DNA of 26,309 bases, taken from the IMG/VR virus record IMGVR_UViG_3300002307_001784, positions 1 to 26,309 of that record; one strand, 5' to 3'. Of this stretch, positions 7,946 through 16,009 are shown piece after piece; position 1 is the stretch's first letter; each line of letters opens with the position of its first letter. The notes under the pieces are model-generated. The model was not told the origin of the DNA, made no database searches, and saw only the letters and a program-made list of their open reading frames with translations. The stretch is from a virus. Its lineage: Duplodnaviria; Caudoviricetes. Made by a program: the position numbers and the translations under genes.

Positions 7946-8950
7946 ATGAAATACGCTCTCATTGACACTGCCAATACCTTCTTCCGTGCTAGGCATATTG
8001 CTAGCCGTAACGCTGACACATGGGAAAAGGTGGGTATGGCATTGCATCTATCTCTTGCTAGTGTCAATCAAATTGTACGCATGTTTAATGTTGACCATGT
8101 TGTATTCTGCCTTGAGGGTCGTAGCTGGCGCAAAGATTTCTATACGCCCTACAAGGCTAATCGTAAGCTTGACGAAAGTGCGATGACAGAAAAAGAAGTT
8201 GAAGAGAACAAAATGTTCTGGGAGACTTACGAAACTTTTACTACTTACTTGCGCGAAAAGACTAATTGTAGCGTGATTCGTCATCCTAATGCTGAGGCTG
8301 ATGATATCATTGCTCGGTTCATTGCCTTGCATCCCGATGATGAACATTTTATTATTAGTAGTGATACTGATTTTGTGCAGTTAATTTCTGACAATGTTCA
8401 TCAATACAATGGTGTTGCCGGGCAGTTGATTAAGAAAGATGGTTACTACAATGATCGCGGGAAACCCGTAATTGACAAGAAAACAGGCGCACATAAGGTG
8501 CTTGAAGATCCAGAGTACCTACTGTTCAAGAAGATCGTTCGCGGTGATGCGACGGATAATGTGTTTAGTGCTTATCCCGGTGTTCGTGAGAAGGGTACTA
8601 AGAACAGTGTCGGTATCGTTGAAGCATACAACGACCGCAACAAGCAAGGATTCAATTGGAATAACTTTCTCCTACAGCGTTGGGTAGATCATGATGGCAT
8701 TGAACATCGCGTCAAGGATGATTATGAGCGCAACCGAACACTAATTGACCTTGCCGCGCAGCCCGATGAAATTAAGGATGCGGTTGATAGCGTCATTAAG
8801 GAAAGCGTCAATACTGAAACAACACCGGGAGTAGGAATTCATTTTATGCGATTCTGCGGTAAATATGAACTTACCCGTGTCAGCGAGCAGGGAGAAACTT
8901 ACGCAAAGTGGCTCAATACCTCTTATAATGGAATTCTCAATGGCATGTGA
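7946..8950 (+). CDS. rnh: T4-type RNase H / 5'-3' exonuclease (FEN family)
   Basis: Motifs LIDTAN, SWRKDFYTPYKANR, AEADDIIA, IISSDTDFVQL, GDATDNV..YPGV and RNRTLIDL. Confidence 0.9.
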   Translation: MKYALIDTANTFFRARHIASRNADTWEKVGMALHLSLASVNQIVRMFNVDHVVFCLEGRSWRKDFYTPYKANRKLDESAMTEKEVEENKMFWETYETFTTYLREKTNCSVIRHPNAEADDIIARFIALHPDDEHFIISSDTDFVQLISDNVHQYNGVAGQLIKKDGYYNDRGKPVIDKKTGAHKVLEDPEYLLFKKIVRGDATDNVFSAYPGVREKGTKNSVGIVEAYNDRNKQGFNWNNFLLQRWVDHDGIEHRVKDDYERNRTLIDLAAQPDEIKDAVDSVIKESVNTETTPGVGIHFMRFCGKYELTRVSEQGETYAKWLNTSYNGILNGM

Positions 8951-9260
8951 GCCACGGATTCTTCGCAAAGATCCAGTTCTTCTTTGTAAAGATTGCGCAC
9001 ATTCTCGTATTTCTGCCTTTGGTAAGTATGGTAGTTATATCTTTGATTGGAGTGAACCTAAGGCACATTGGTACAGATGTGCAAAGAGCATTGAAACAGT
9101 CGTTATTAATCCTGTAACTGGCCCTGATAAAAAGGAAGAAAAGATGGAGTACTGTGAGATTGCACGGAAATATAGCGAGTGCGGCCCTAATGGCAAATTT
9201 TGGACTCCTAAACACAAGAAAGATTTATTTAAAATGTTAACAAAGGAATACAATGACTGA
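8940..9260 (+). CDS. Cys-rich hypothetical protein (possible Zn-binding)
   Basis: CKDCAH...RC...C...R...CGPNGKFW. The ATG at 8940 is chosen to minimise overlap with rnh. Confidence 0.65.
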   Translation: MACEPRILRKDPVLLCKDCAHSRISAFGKYGSYIFDWSEPKAHWYRCAKSIETVVINPVTGPDKKEEKMEYCEIARKYSECGPNGKFWTPKHKKDLFKMLTKEYND

Positions 9261-9711
9261 ACTAGTAGCAAAACCAATTGTTAAAAATCAATACTGGATT
9301 GTCACTGACGGTGATAAGAAGGTCGGTAACATTGAAGCTAATAACGCAGGATATGGTGTACAATTGAATGGTACCTTCTTGCAATTTAATAACACCGAAG
9401 AAATTAAGAAGAACACTAAGATAAGATTTCAGCCGCTTAAGACAACCAATACGAAAGCCAATCTTCCTTATCCTGAATATCCTACCACAAGCAAAACTTA
9501 CAATGACTTGTTTGACGTAAAGAGAAGTCTGCATCTATTCACTAAAACTAGAAAAAGCAAATGCTATCATGCTGCTGGTTATTTTGTAATAGATCAAAAT
9601 GGTACCGTAGCTGTTCATTTTTGTCCTAAATATATTTTTGTACAACGCTACAACTATAGTGGCCCGTACAAAACAGAAGCGGAAGCATTAAGTAAGATAA
9701 ATACTCTGTAA
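9253..9711 (+). CDS. hypothetical phage protein
   Basis: AAGGA RBS and a tightly packed ORF. Contains KSKCYHAAGYF..FCPKYIF..RY.YSGPYKT. Confidence 0.75.
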   Translation: MTELVAKPIVKNQYWIVTDGDKKVGNIEANNAGYGVQLNGTFLQFNNTEEIKKNTKIRFQPLKTTNTKANLPYPEYPTTSKTYNDLFDVKRSLHLFTKTRKSKCYHAAGYFVIDQNGTVAVHFCPKYIFVQRYNYSGPYKTEAEALSKINTL

Positions 9712-9923
9712 TGACTATGCACATTAAGCGATTCATGGACAAAATGGCCATGGTAGAAGCCAAGCAAAACAAAGATGTGGTTTTGCCTATTTCCGATGCT
9801 CGTGGTTTAAGAGACGAAATTGCCAAGCTTTTATCTGACATATATGAATTGAATAATACCAAATCACCGCAGAAACCAGACGAGGTTATACAAGTAGAGA
9901 TAAAAGGTGGCACATTCAAATGA
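9711..9923 (+). CDS. hypothetical phage protein
   Basis: TAATG overlap with the previous gene. TAAATA at 9698-9703 lies just upstream. Confidence 0.7.
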   Translation: MTMHIKRFMDKMAMVEAKQNKDVVLPISDARGLRDEIAKLLSDIYELNNTKSPQKPDEVIQVEIKGGTFK

Positions 9924-10219
9924 GTAGAACTCAGCCAAAAGTTTTGTTAGAACATGTTGATAAGAACACTTACAAAACTGATCAGATAGTGGAAGCAGCA
10001 GGAATATGGGCAGTGTTCTATGACGATCAACCTATTAACCTCAAAAACAGTCACTATCTGATAAATGATGTGGCGCCAAAGTATAAGAAGACTAGTTTTA
10101 GTAATCCCGGTCATGCGAGAAATCTTTGCCGCAAGCTAAACTCACAGTTCAAAACAGATAAGTTTACTGTAGTGTTTATGAATTCGGGTAGAACGGTCTA
10201 TCCAGATGATTTATCCTAA
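9920..10219 (+). CDS. hypothetical phage protein
   Basis: ATGA overlap. Contains PKYKKTSFSNPGHARNLCRKLN. Confidence 0.75.
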   Translation: MSRTQPKVLLEHVDKNTYKTDQIVEAAGIWAVFYDDQPINLKNSHYLINDVAPKYKKTSFSNPGHARNLCRKLNSQFKTDKFTVVFMNSGRTVYPDDLS

Positions 10220-10634
10220 TAAACTAGAATATGTAAACAAAGTTTTACAAGAGCTACAGAGTAACCCTGATAACCCATGGCGAAACCATACTGATAAAGA
10301 AAAATTGATTTTTGAATGGTTCATCACTGCTAGGCAGGGTGATGGGTTAAGATTGACTGATGCAGGGGTGAATGCATTTAAGCTCGCCAACATAGAGCAT
10401 TATGACATTGAGTTTGGTAAAAAAACTAACCGAATGTCTTATGCTACCTTAGCCTGGCAAAAATTTATACTTGAGCTAAACGACAAAATAAGAAGTCCAT
10501 ACTATGTGGGTATCAAACTAGTTGACAATAATAAGCAACCGTATATAAGATTATATGACGAGAAAATAGCTATGATGTTAACATTGTATGGCGATATACA
10601 TAGTTATTTAGAATCTGTTCGCAGTACTAAATAG
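10206..10634 (+). CDS. hypothetical phage protein
   Basis: Overlapping operon-style ORF containing GLRLTDAG...PYY. Confidence 0.7.
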   Translation: MIYPNKLEYVNKVLQELQSNPDNPWRNHTDKEKLIFEWFITARQGDGLRLTDAGVNAFKLANIEHYDIEFGKKTNRMSYATLAWQKFILELNDKIRSPYYVGIKLVDNNKQPYIRLYDEKIAMMLTLYGDIHSYLESVRSTK

Positions 10635-10675
10635 ACTGGTATCTAAGATACCAAATACACACACAGGAGAAAATT

Positions 10676-10948
10676 ATGTTTAAACTTTATACCGATGCAG
10701 CAATTGATATGGTCCAGTCAGGCAAGAAAATGTTTGTAGACACATTTGTAAAGAATGAAGACCTATCAAACTCTTTGCATAAGTTTGTTGATACACAAAC
10801 TGAATATACAAAGAAGGCAGTAGAAACCTTCTCTACTGTAGCAACTGATGTCTACAAAACAGTAACCGATAAGAATTTCATTGCAGAATCATTGAAGACA
10901 GTAAAAGACTCGGTTAGAGAGTTCACTAGTAGTAAGGATGGAAAATAA
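10676..10948 (+). CDS. small amphipathic helical protein (phasin-like, tentative)
   Basis: TAAATA at 10628-10633 and a strong ACACACAGGAG RBS. The sequence has an all-helical amphipathic pattern. Confidence 0.6.
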   Translation: MFKLYTDAAIDMVQSGKKMFVDTFVKNEDLSNSLHKFVDTQTEYTKKAVETFSTVATDVYKTVTDKNFIAESLKTVKDSVREFTSSKDGK

Positions 10949-11001
10949 TGCTTCCCTACACTAATGAAGAATGGGACTGGATATCTAGTCCCATTAAGTA
11001 A
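10948..11001 (+). CDS. putative 17-aa micropeptide MLPYTNEEWDWISSPIK
   Basis: TAATG coupling to the previous stop, with AAGGA upstream. Confidence 0.35.
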   Translation: MLPYTNEEWDWISSPIK

Positions 11002-11020
11002 CACACAGAAAGGAAAAATA

Positions 11021-11122
11021 ATGTTTAGTGATAAGTTTATCATTCCAGTATCCCGAGGCGCTGCATGGACTATTCTTGGTCTATATGTAGTTTGTCTTTA
11101 TAATTTTCTTGCCGTACTTTGA
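11021..11122 (+). CDS. putative 33-aa single-TM peptide
   Basis: AAGGA RBS. Reads MFSDKFIIPVSRGAAWTILGLYVVCLYNFLAVL. Confidence 0.55.
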   Translation: MFSDKFIIPVSRGAAWTILGLYVVCLYNFLAVL

Positions 11123-11131
11123 GAAAAAAAT

Positions 11132-11419
11132 ATGAGCGAGAATAAGTTTCCAGGTATGCCCGAAATTAAGTTTAGTAAGAATGGGTATGAGATTCGTACA
11201 GATATTCTTGGGTTAGCTAATCAGTTAGTCCTTGAGGAATATAGGGCTAAGATTGCTGGTTGGGAAATGACTGGCCACAAGCTTGAAACAGGGCAAATAG
11301 TTACTACTGTCACAATGCCCGAATTTCCTGGTCTAGAAAGAGTTCTGGAAATAGCCAATCAGATGTACGAGTTTGTAAACTCTGGCACAAGGCCAAAGAA
11401 AAATACATCTAACAAGTGA
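11132..11419 (+). CDS. hypothetical phage protein
   Basis: KNGYEIRTDILGLA...FPGLERVLEIANQMYEFV, followed by a terminator. Confidence 0.75.
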   Translation: MSENKFPGMPEIKFSKNGYEIRTDILGLANQLVLEEYRAKIAGWEMTGHKLETGQIVTTVTMPEFPGLERVLEIANQMYEFVNSGTRPKKNTSNK

Positions 11420-11422
11420 TTA

Positions 11423-11451
11423 AATGCCCCCGTAACTGGGGGTATTTTTTT
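11423..11451 (+). terminator. rho-independent terminator
   Basis: AATGCCCCC-GTAACT-GGGGGTATT stem-loop followed by a T run. Confidence 0.85.
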
Positions 11452-11454
11452 GTC

Positions 11455-11483
11455 TTGACAACGGTATCCTAGCATGATATATC
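11455..11483 (+). promoter_or_regulatory. sigma70-type early promoter
   Basis: TTGACA (11455-11460)-N17-TATATC with extended TG. Confidence 0.65.
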
Positions 11484-11510
11484 TACTATATGAACAAAAA
11501 GGAACAGAAC

Positions 11511-11960
11511 ATGAAAAAGGGTGAACTTCTCGGTAAAGTCCTTCTTCTTGCTACTAATGCTCATGCTGGGCAGTTTGATAAGGGCGGTAATCCCTATATT
11601 CTTCATCCGTTGAAAGTTATGCATTACCTCAAGACCGATGATGAAGAATTGCAGTGTGTTGCACTTCTGCATGATGTGATCGAGGATACCAAGACTAGCT
11701 GGAGCGATCTTCGCGCAATCGGTTGCACTGAACGGGTAATCGAAGCCGTTTCGGCTCTTACTAAGATGCCCGGACAGACCTACGATGAATACAAGGAAGG
11801 AGTATTCGCTAACGTTGATGCAATGCGCGTAAAGCTTTGTGATCTTCGTCACAACACTGATATCCGTCGTCTTAAGGGCATCACGCAAAAGGACATTGAA
11901 CGCCTCGCAAAGTACAATCAGTTCTATCTTGAAATTCAAGCCAAACTGCAAGAAATTTAA
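11511..11960 (+). CDS. HD-domain phosphohydrolase of the RelA/SpoT hydrolase (Mesh1/SAH-like) type
   Basis: HAGQFDKGGNPYILHP, ALLHDVIEDT and VKLCDLRHN correspond to the SpoT HD motifs. An AAGGA RBS precedes 11511; 11490 is an alternative start. Confidence 0.8.
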   Translation: MKKGELLGKVLLLATNAHAGQFDKGGNPYILHPLKVMHYLKTDDEELQCVALLHDVIEDTKTSWSDLRAIGCTERVIEAVSALTKMPGQTYDEYKEGVFANVDAMRVKLCDLRHNTDIRRLKGITQKDIERLAKYNQFYLEIQAKLQEI

Positions 11961-11969
11961 AGGTTTACT

Positions 11970-12194
11970 ATGAACAAAAAGCATGTCATGTATGCATCTG
12001 CATTTTTTATTCTTACTGCGATGGTAACTCTGGGTGTGCAGAATAGAAATAGAGAATTTAAAAATGCGCCTGCTCAAATAGATGGTTGTGCTGATCCTAG
12101 CTGGAAAGAACACTATATCCGTGTTCATACTAAAGACACTATTCAAGTTTCAGAACCTGTCTATAATTATATGAAAAAGTTGAGGTACCGTTAA
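11970..12194 (+). CDS. hypothetical protein with N-terminal signal/TM segment
   Basis: MNKKH followed by a hydrophobic stretch. Confidence 0.6.
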   Translation: MNKKHVMYASAFFILTAMVTLGVQNRNREFKNAPAQIDGCADPSWKEHYIRVHTKDTIQVSEPVYNYMKKLRYR

Positions 12195-12195
12195 A

Positions 12196-12525
12196 ATGCC
12201 CTATACCATTTATGATGCAATCAAGGACGAGATTGAATTTCTTGATCTTATTGAAAAGGTTGAAAAAAACGAAAAACATACTTTTGCTGCTGCTATTATA
12301 GCCCAACAACGAGCTAGCCTTCGCCGTATTCTGCGTAGAGTTGACAGTGGTTACGAATATGATATAGTGCGGGATAAAGTTGACGGTACACCAGGTATTA
12401 CTTTCAAGAAAACTGATCGTAAGACCCTTGAAGAAGAATATCCTGCTCTAAAGAAGGCTGCCGAACAATATAATCTTATCCAAACTTTAGTTGACGCTTC
12501 CCCGGACAACCACGATGAACGGTAA
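12196..12525 (+). CDS. hypothetical protein
   Basis: Contiguous ORF containing LEEEYPALKKAAEQY. Confidence 0.65.
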   Translation: MPYTIYDAIKDEIEFLDLIEKVEKNEKHTFAAAIIAQQRASLRRILRRVDSGYEYDIVRDKVDGTPGITFKKTDRKTLEEEYPALKKAAEQYNLIQTLVDASPDNHDER

Positions 12526-12613
12526 CAAGGCAATCGCTATTGCCGTTATGGCAGTAGTTTCCTGGATGCCAATAATTTTAATTGTTTGGTTCTCGTGTAA
12601 ACTTTTTGGATAA
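12515..12613 (+). CDS. putative 32-aa hydrophobic peptide
   Basis: MNGNKAIAIAVMAVVSWMPIILIVWFSCKLFG fills the gap up to the next promoter. Confidence 0.4.
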   Translation: MNGNKAIAIAVMAVVSWMPIILIVWFSCKLFG

Positions 12614-12619
12614 AAAAGG

Positions 12620-12666
12620 TTGACATTGGTTACCCATTTTGTTATATCAAATCTATAGCAAGGAGA
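12620..12666 (+). promoter_or_regulatory. conserved early promoter/RBS cassette, copy 1
   Basis: A-tract, TTGACA-N7-CCCA-N3-TGTTATA-N7-TATAGCAAGGAGA. The architecture matches 25356-25402. Confidence 0.8.
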
Positions 12667-12672
12667 TATCAA

Positions 12673-13350
12673 ATGGCTCGTTTTACTCGCATTCAGAATC
12701 CCTCGTATGATACGCAGGCTGTCTTTGCTGCTGCATGTGCTGCCCAGCGTCATAACGGCGAATATCTCAAGCAGGACGATATTACACTTCACTATGATGG
12801 TAATGAACATGGTCATACTGTCAATCGCACTGCAAACAAGACGCTGGTTCGCCAGATTCTTGCTGGCGCTAGCACGGTAGAAGTCAATGATCTTGACCGC
12901 GAAGAAGCTACCAAGGTTATTCAGTATTGCAACAGCCTCACGTTCAAGATTCTGAGTGGTGCAAAGCTCAGTGCTTTCGAAAACACCATGATTGAACTTG
13001 GTAACAAAGAGACCATCAGCAGCAATTATGACATTGCTGTTATTGCTAGCCTTCCCGCTTCGTATGAGCGCGGTATGAAGCGCAAGCAGGTTGAACTTCG
13101 TATCCGTGAAGCAGATGGTCATGTCGGTGCTATCGGTGACCGTTTCGATGGCGAAGTGGAAGTGCTTCGTAGCTCGTTCTCTGATAACTGGGGTGTTTAC
13201 TTCATCACTGCACTTACTGACGACAATAAGGCAGTGTTCTTTTCGTTCCGTGTTTCGCTTACTCCGGGCATCAAGGTTCGCGTTGTCGGCACCGTCAAAG
13301 CCCATCGTGATAACACTACCCAACTGACACGCACTCGGGCGTTTGGCTAA
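12673..13350 (+). CDS. hypothetical protein with probable C-terminal OB-fold
   Basis: Strong promoter and RBS. The C-terminal beta-rich region reads HVGAIGDRFDGEVEV...VRVVGTVKAH..TQLTR. Confidence 0.75.
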   Translation: MARFTRIQNPSYDTQAVFAAACAAQRHNGEYLKQDDITLHYDGNEHGHTVNRTANKTLVRQILAGASTVEVNDLDREEATKVIQYCNSLTFKILSGAKLSAFENTMIELGNKETISSNYDIAVIASLPASYERGMKRKQVELRIREADGHVGAIGDRFDGEVEVLRSSFSDNWGVYFITALTDDNKAVFFSFRVSLTPGIKVRVVGTVKAHRDNTTQLTRTRAFG

Positions 13351-13544
13351 TGAAAATCTTGCTTAGGGAAGACTTCAAATATGAAGTAAGTCTTCCCTGC
13401 CCTCACAACGGAGAAGAGGTTAGATTTTGGCTCAATAGGAATAGAATTCCGTTCATTTATTCTACATTTAATGCAGGTACATCTATTGAGTATATCATGA
13501 CCGAAGAAAATCATGCCGTTTGGTTTAGCCTGAGGTACTCATGA
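13350..13544 (+). CDS. small hypothetical protein
   Basis: TAATG and ATGA overlaps on both sides. Confidence 0.6.
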   Translation: MKILLREDFKYEVSLPCPHNGEEVRFWLNRNRIPFIYSTFNAGTSIEYIMTEENHAVWFSLRYS

Positions 13545-13774
13545 CCGAGGAAGAAGCAGCCACTAAGTGGTGTCCACATACTAGAGTATACTCTAGCAAT
13601 GGATCATATAATAGTGACGGTGGCCTTCCCCATAAATATTCAACGTGCATGGGTTCAAAATGTATGGCGTGGAGATGGGTACACGATCCTTTGGTAAAAT
13701 TTGTAGCCAGTGAAAAGACTATAACAGACAAGACTAGTGAACATGGTTATTGTGGGCTAGCAGGTTCACTTTAA
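13541..13774 (+). CDS. small Cys-rich hypothetical protein
   Basis: GAGG RBS. KWCP...CMGSKCMAWRW...GYCGLAG, four Cys. Confidence 0.7.
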   Translation: MTEEEAATKWCPHTRVYSSNGSYNSDGGLPHKYSTCMGSKCMAWRWVHDPLVKFVASEKTITDKTSEHGYCGLAGSL

Positions 13775-13777
13775 CAG

Positions 13778-13806
13778 TTGACAACCTATCTGGTTTATAG
13801 TATAAA
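13778..13806 (+). promoter_or_regulatory. sigma70-type promoter of the ligase (likely leaderless mRNA)
   Basis: TTGACA (13778-13783)-N17-TATAAA (13801-13806). The ATG at 13814 has no SD. Confidence 0.75.
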
Positions 13807-13813
13807 GAAACTT

Positions 13814-15238
13814 ATGAGCGCAACATATATCAATCAACTTAATCAAAGTGACAGTCGCCTGCATAAGGAAGATGTCATTCGTCAAGCACTAGTTGCTGCC
13901 AATCTCGGATCCGAAATTGCGCAGCGTTTCCTCTATGGGTTGAAAGAGTGCTATAACCCATATCATACATACGGCATTAAGCAGATTCCCGGTACTGTAG
14001 GAATTATAGACGCCGAAAATCCATACGTTGATTTTCATCGTATGCTTGACGACTTACGTGATCGCCGTCTTACCGGATATGATGCTCGTGATGCTGTAGC
14101 AAACATGGCTGATCGTTTTGACAGTGATGAATGGAACCTATTCCTCGCTCCTATTCTTCGTCGGGATATGCGTTGCGGAGTAAGCGAAAAAACAGTCAAC
14201 AAAATTTGTGAGGGTACTGACTACGAGATTCCTGTATTCAGTTGTCAGCTTGCTACTAACTGCGAGGGTCGCCCTGAAATGAAGGGTGTCAAGCGCCTTG
14301 AACCCAAGCTTGATGGTGTTCGCGTATTGCTCGTTGTTAGTGTTTTAGATAGTGGCGTCTATGCCACTTGCTACAGCCGCAATGGCAAGGTCTTTGAGAA
14401 CTTCAAGCATATTGAAGATCAGATTCTAAAAAATCTGATGGAAATGCTTAGTGCTAGGAATTCAGTAAGCATTCTGGGTTCTGACATTACTCGCGGGGTT
14501 ATATTTGACGGTGAAGTAGTTGGTAATAGCTTCCAAGAACTGATGCGGCAGGCTCGCCGCAAAGAAAATGTAGCAGCCGAAGATAGCGTATTCCATGTGT
14601 TCGACATTATTCCTCTCGCTGATTTTCGTCGTGGACATTGGAATGCACCATTGAGTAAGCGTATTGCTCTACTTGAAGCTATGCAGTCTGCATTTGACAA
14701 GATGCCTAATGCTGAATTGCTTCCCCATCTTCAAGTTGATTTGGATACTGCCGAAGGTAAGAACCAGCTTGAGCGTTATGCTAAGGATATGGTTGCTGCT
14801 GGATTTGAAGGTATCATGATCAAGAATCTTGAAGCTCCGTATATCTGTGACCGCAGCACTGCATGGATGAAGTGGAAGCCTACTATCACTGTTGATTTGC
14901 AGGTCATCGGCGCAGAAGAAGGCACTGGTCGCAACAACGGTCGTCTAGGTGCACTTGTCTGCAATGGTGTTGATGATGGTAAAGAAATCACCGTTAACGT
15001 TGGTAGCGGGTTTGATGATAAGTTTAGAGCGCAGATTTGGGCAGATATCACCGGTCAACCAGTTGAGTGGAAGAAGAAAGTAAAGAAGGAGTGGGTCACT
15101 ATGACCGAATTTCCTTCTGGACAGAACCCGATTGGTCGCATAGCAGAGATTCTTGCTGATGCTATCACACAAAATCGGGATGGTACATATTCGTTGCGCT
15201 TCCCGCGCTTTGTTCGCTTTAGGGATGACAAAGCATGA
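13814..15238 (+). CDS. lig: ATP-dependent DNA ligase
   Basis: Motif I EPKLDGVR, YSRNG, FDGEV, FHVFDI, FEGIMIK, WMKWKP, VGSGF and SLRFPRFVRFRDDK. The TTG at 13778 is really the -35 box. Confidence 0.95.
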   Translation: MSATYINQLNQSDSRLHKEDVIRQALVAANLGSEIAQRFLYGLKECYNPYHTYGIKQIPGTVGIIDAENPYVDFHRMLDDLRDRRLTGYDARDAVANMADRFDSDEWNLFLAPILRRDMRCGVSEKTVNKICEGTDYEIPVFSCQLATNCEGRPEMKGVKRLEPKLDGVRVLLVVSVLDSGVYATCYSRNGKVFENFKHIEDQILKNLMEMLSARNSVSILGSDITRGVIFDGEVVGNSFQELMRQARRKENVAAEDSVFHVFDIIPLADFRRGHWNAPLSKRIALLEAMQSAFDKMPNAELLPHLQVDLDTAEGKNQLERYAKDMVAAGFEGIMIKNLEAPYICDRSTAWMKWKPTITVDLQVIGAEEGTGRNNGRLGALVCNGVDDGKEITVNVGSGFDDKFRAQIWADITGQPVEWKKKVKKEWVTMTEFPSGQNPIGRIAEILADAITQNRDGTYSLRFPRFVRFRDDKA

Positions 15239-15513
15239 AATACGACAAAAACTTCTTTAGGGAAGATCGGTGGTATCATGTATACCTTTATCTGATGACA
15301 GTAACCAATGTTCTTTCCTTAATTATTGCATATATGACAGTATGGAATGCTATGCCTATTATCATGACATTTGGAATTATGATGATTGTTAGTATAATTT
15401 GTTTTTTTACTGAATCAGCAGTTATGGGGTTTACTGCTTATGCAGGCGGGTTTTTTTGGACTGCTGTGACCTGCTGGCTAGTAGTACATTATTTGCCTTT
15501 TCCGGTACAATGA
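15235..15513 (+). CDS. small membrane protein (about 3 TM)
   Basis: Three hydrophobic segments. ATGA overlap with the ligase. Confidence 0.6.
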   Translation: MKYDKNFFREDRWYHVYLYLMTVTNVLSLIIAYMTVWNAMPIIMTFGIMMIVSIICFFTESAVMGFTAYAGGFFWTAVTCWLVVHYLPFPVQ

Positions 15514-15574
15514 ACAATTAGTAATTGTGCAGATAAGGTAAGAAATTAGTCTCAACAAATGGATGAAATAGTCA

Positions 15575-15757
15575 ATGGATAAAAATATTATAGCATTAGT
15601 TGCCGCTATGGTAATTGTGGCAGTAGCCGGTGTAACAGCTAGTGTTTATGACAATAATCTTGCAAGAAAATGCAGACTAGATGTTGTAACAACACATAAA
15701 CAATTAACCACCGATGAAGCAATTCACATGAGCAATTGGGTGTGTGCTAATGGATGA
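15575..15757 (+). CDS. small protein with N-terminal TM/signal
   Basis: IIALVAAMVIVAVAGVTASV and two Cys. Confidence 0.55.
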   Translation: MDKNIIALVAAMVIVAVAGVTASVYDNNLARKCRLDVVTTHKQLTTDEAIHMSNWVCANG

Positions 15758-15971
15758 AGACGAGTTTACACAATTTCTAGAAGCGTTTTTGCCACTAGTG
15801 GGTAAAAGCTATGTATTTGATGATAGAGACAAGATTGAAATTATTCAAATCAAGCGCCGCGATGAAGGTCCCTATGTTACCTATCATGTTACTCAAGGCC
15901 CCGGTATACCTAGAAAGCTAGTCATGAGGATTGACGAGTTTTCTCATACCTACGGTCATCTATTTAAGTAA
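15750..15971 (+). CDS. small hypothetical protein
   Basis: ATG at 15750. Contains IEIIQIKRRD..VTYH..GPGIPRKLVM. Confidence 0.65.
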   Translation: MDEDEFTQFLEAFLPLVGKSYVFDDRDKIEIIQIKRRDEGPYVTYHVTQGPGIPRKLVMRIDEFSHTYGHLFK

Positions 15972-16009
15972 CACGATGAAAATTAGGACAGAACTCAAAT
16001 AAATACTTC

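Noticed and set aside
11469-12146. 225-aa minus-strand ORF
   Set aside because: It is antisense to the HD hydrolase and the next gene, with no motifs.
12487-13323. 278-aa minus-strand ORF
   Set aside because: It is the antisense shadow of the well-signalled + strand gene 12673-13350 and has no RBS or recognisable motifs.
13778-13813. ORF-track upstream starts for the ligase (13778), Toprim (24350), 25366, 21495, 17573 and 8865
   Set aside because: These extensions run through promoter boxes or deep into the upstream gene. The downstream ATGs fit the promoter/RBS geometry better.
15035-15135. Intein or intron in the DNA ligase
   Set aside because: The insert is only about 30 aa, in frame, and lacks C/S...HN splice motifs.
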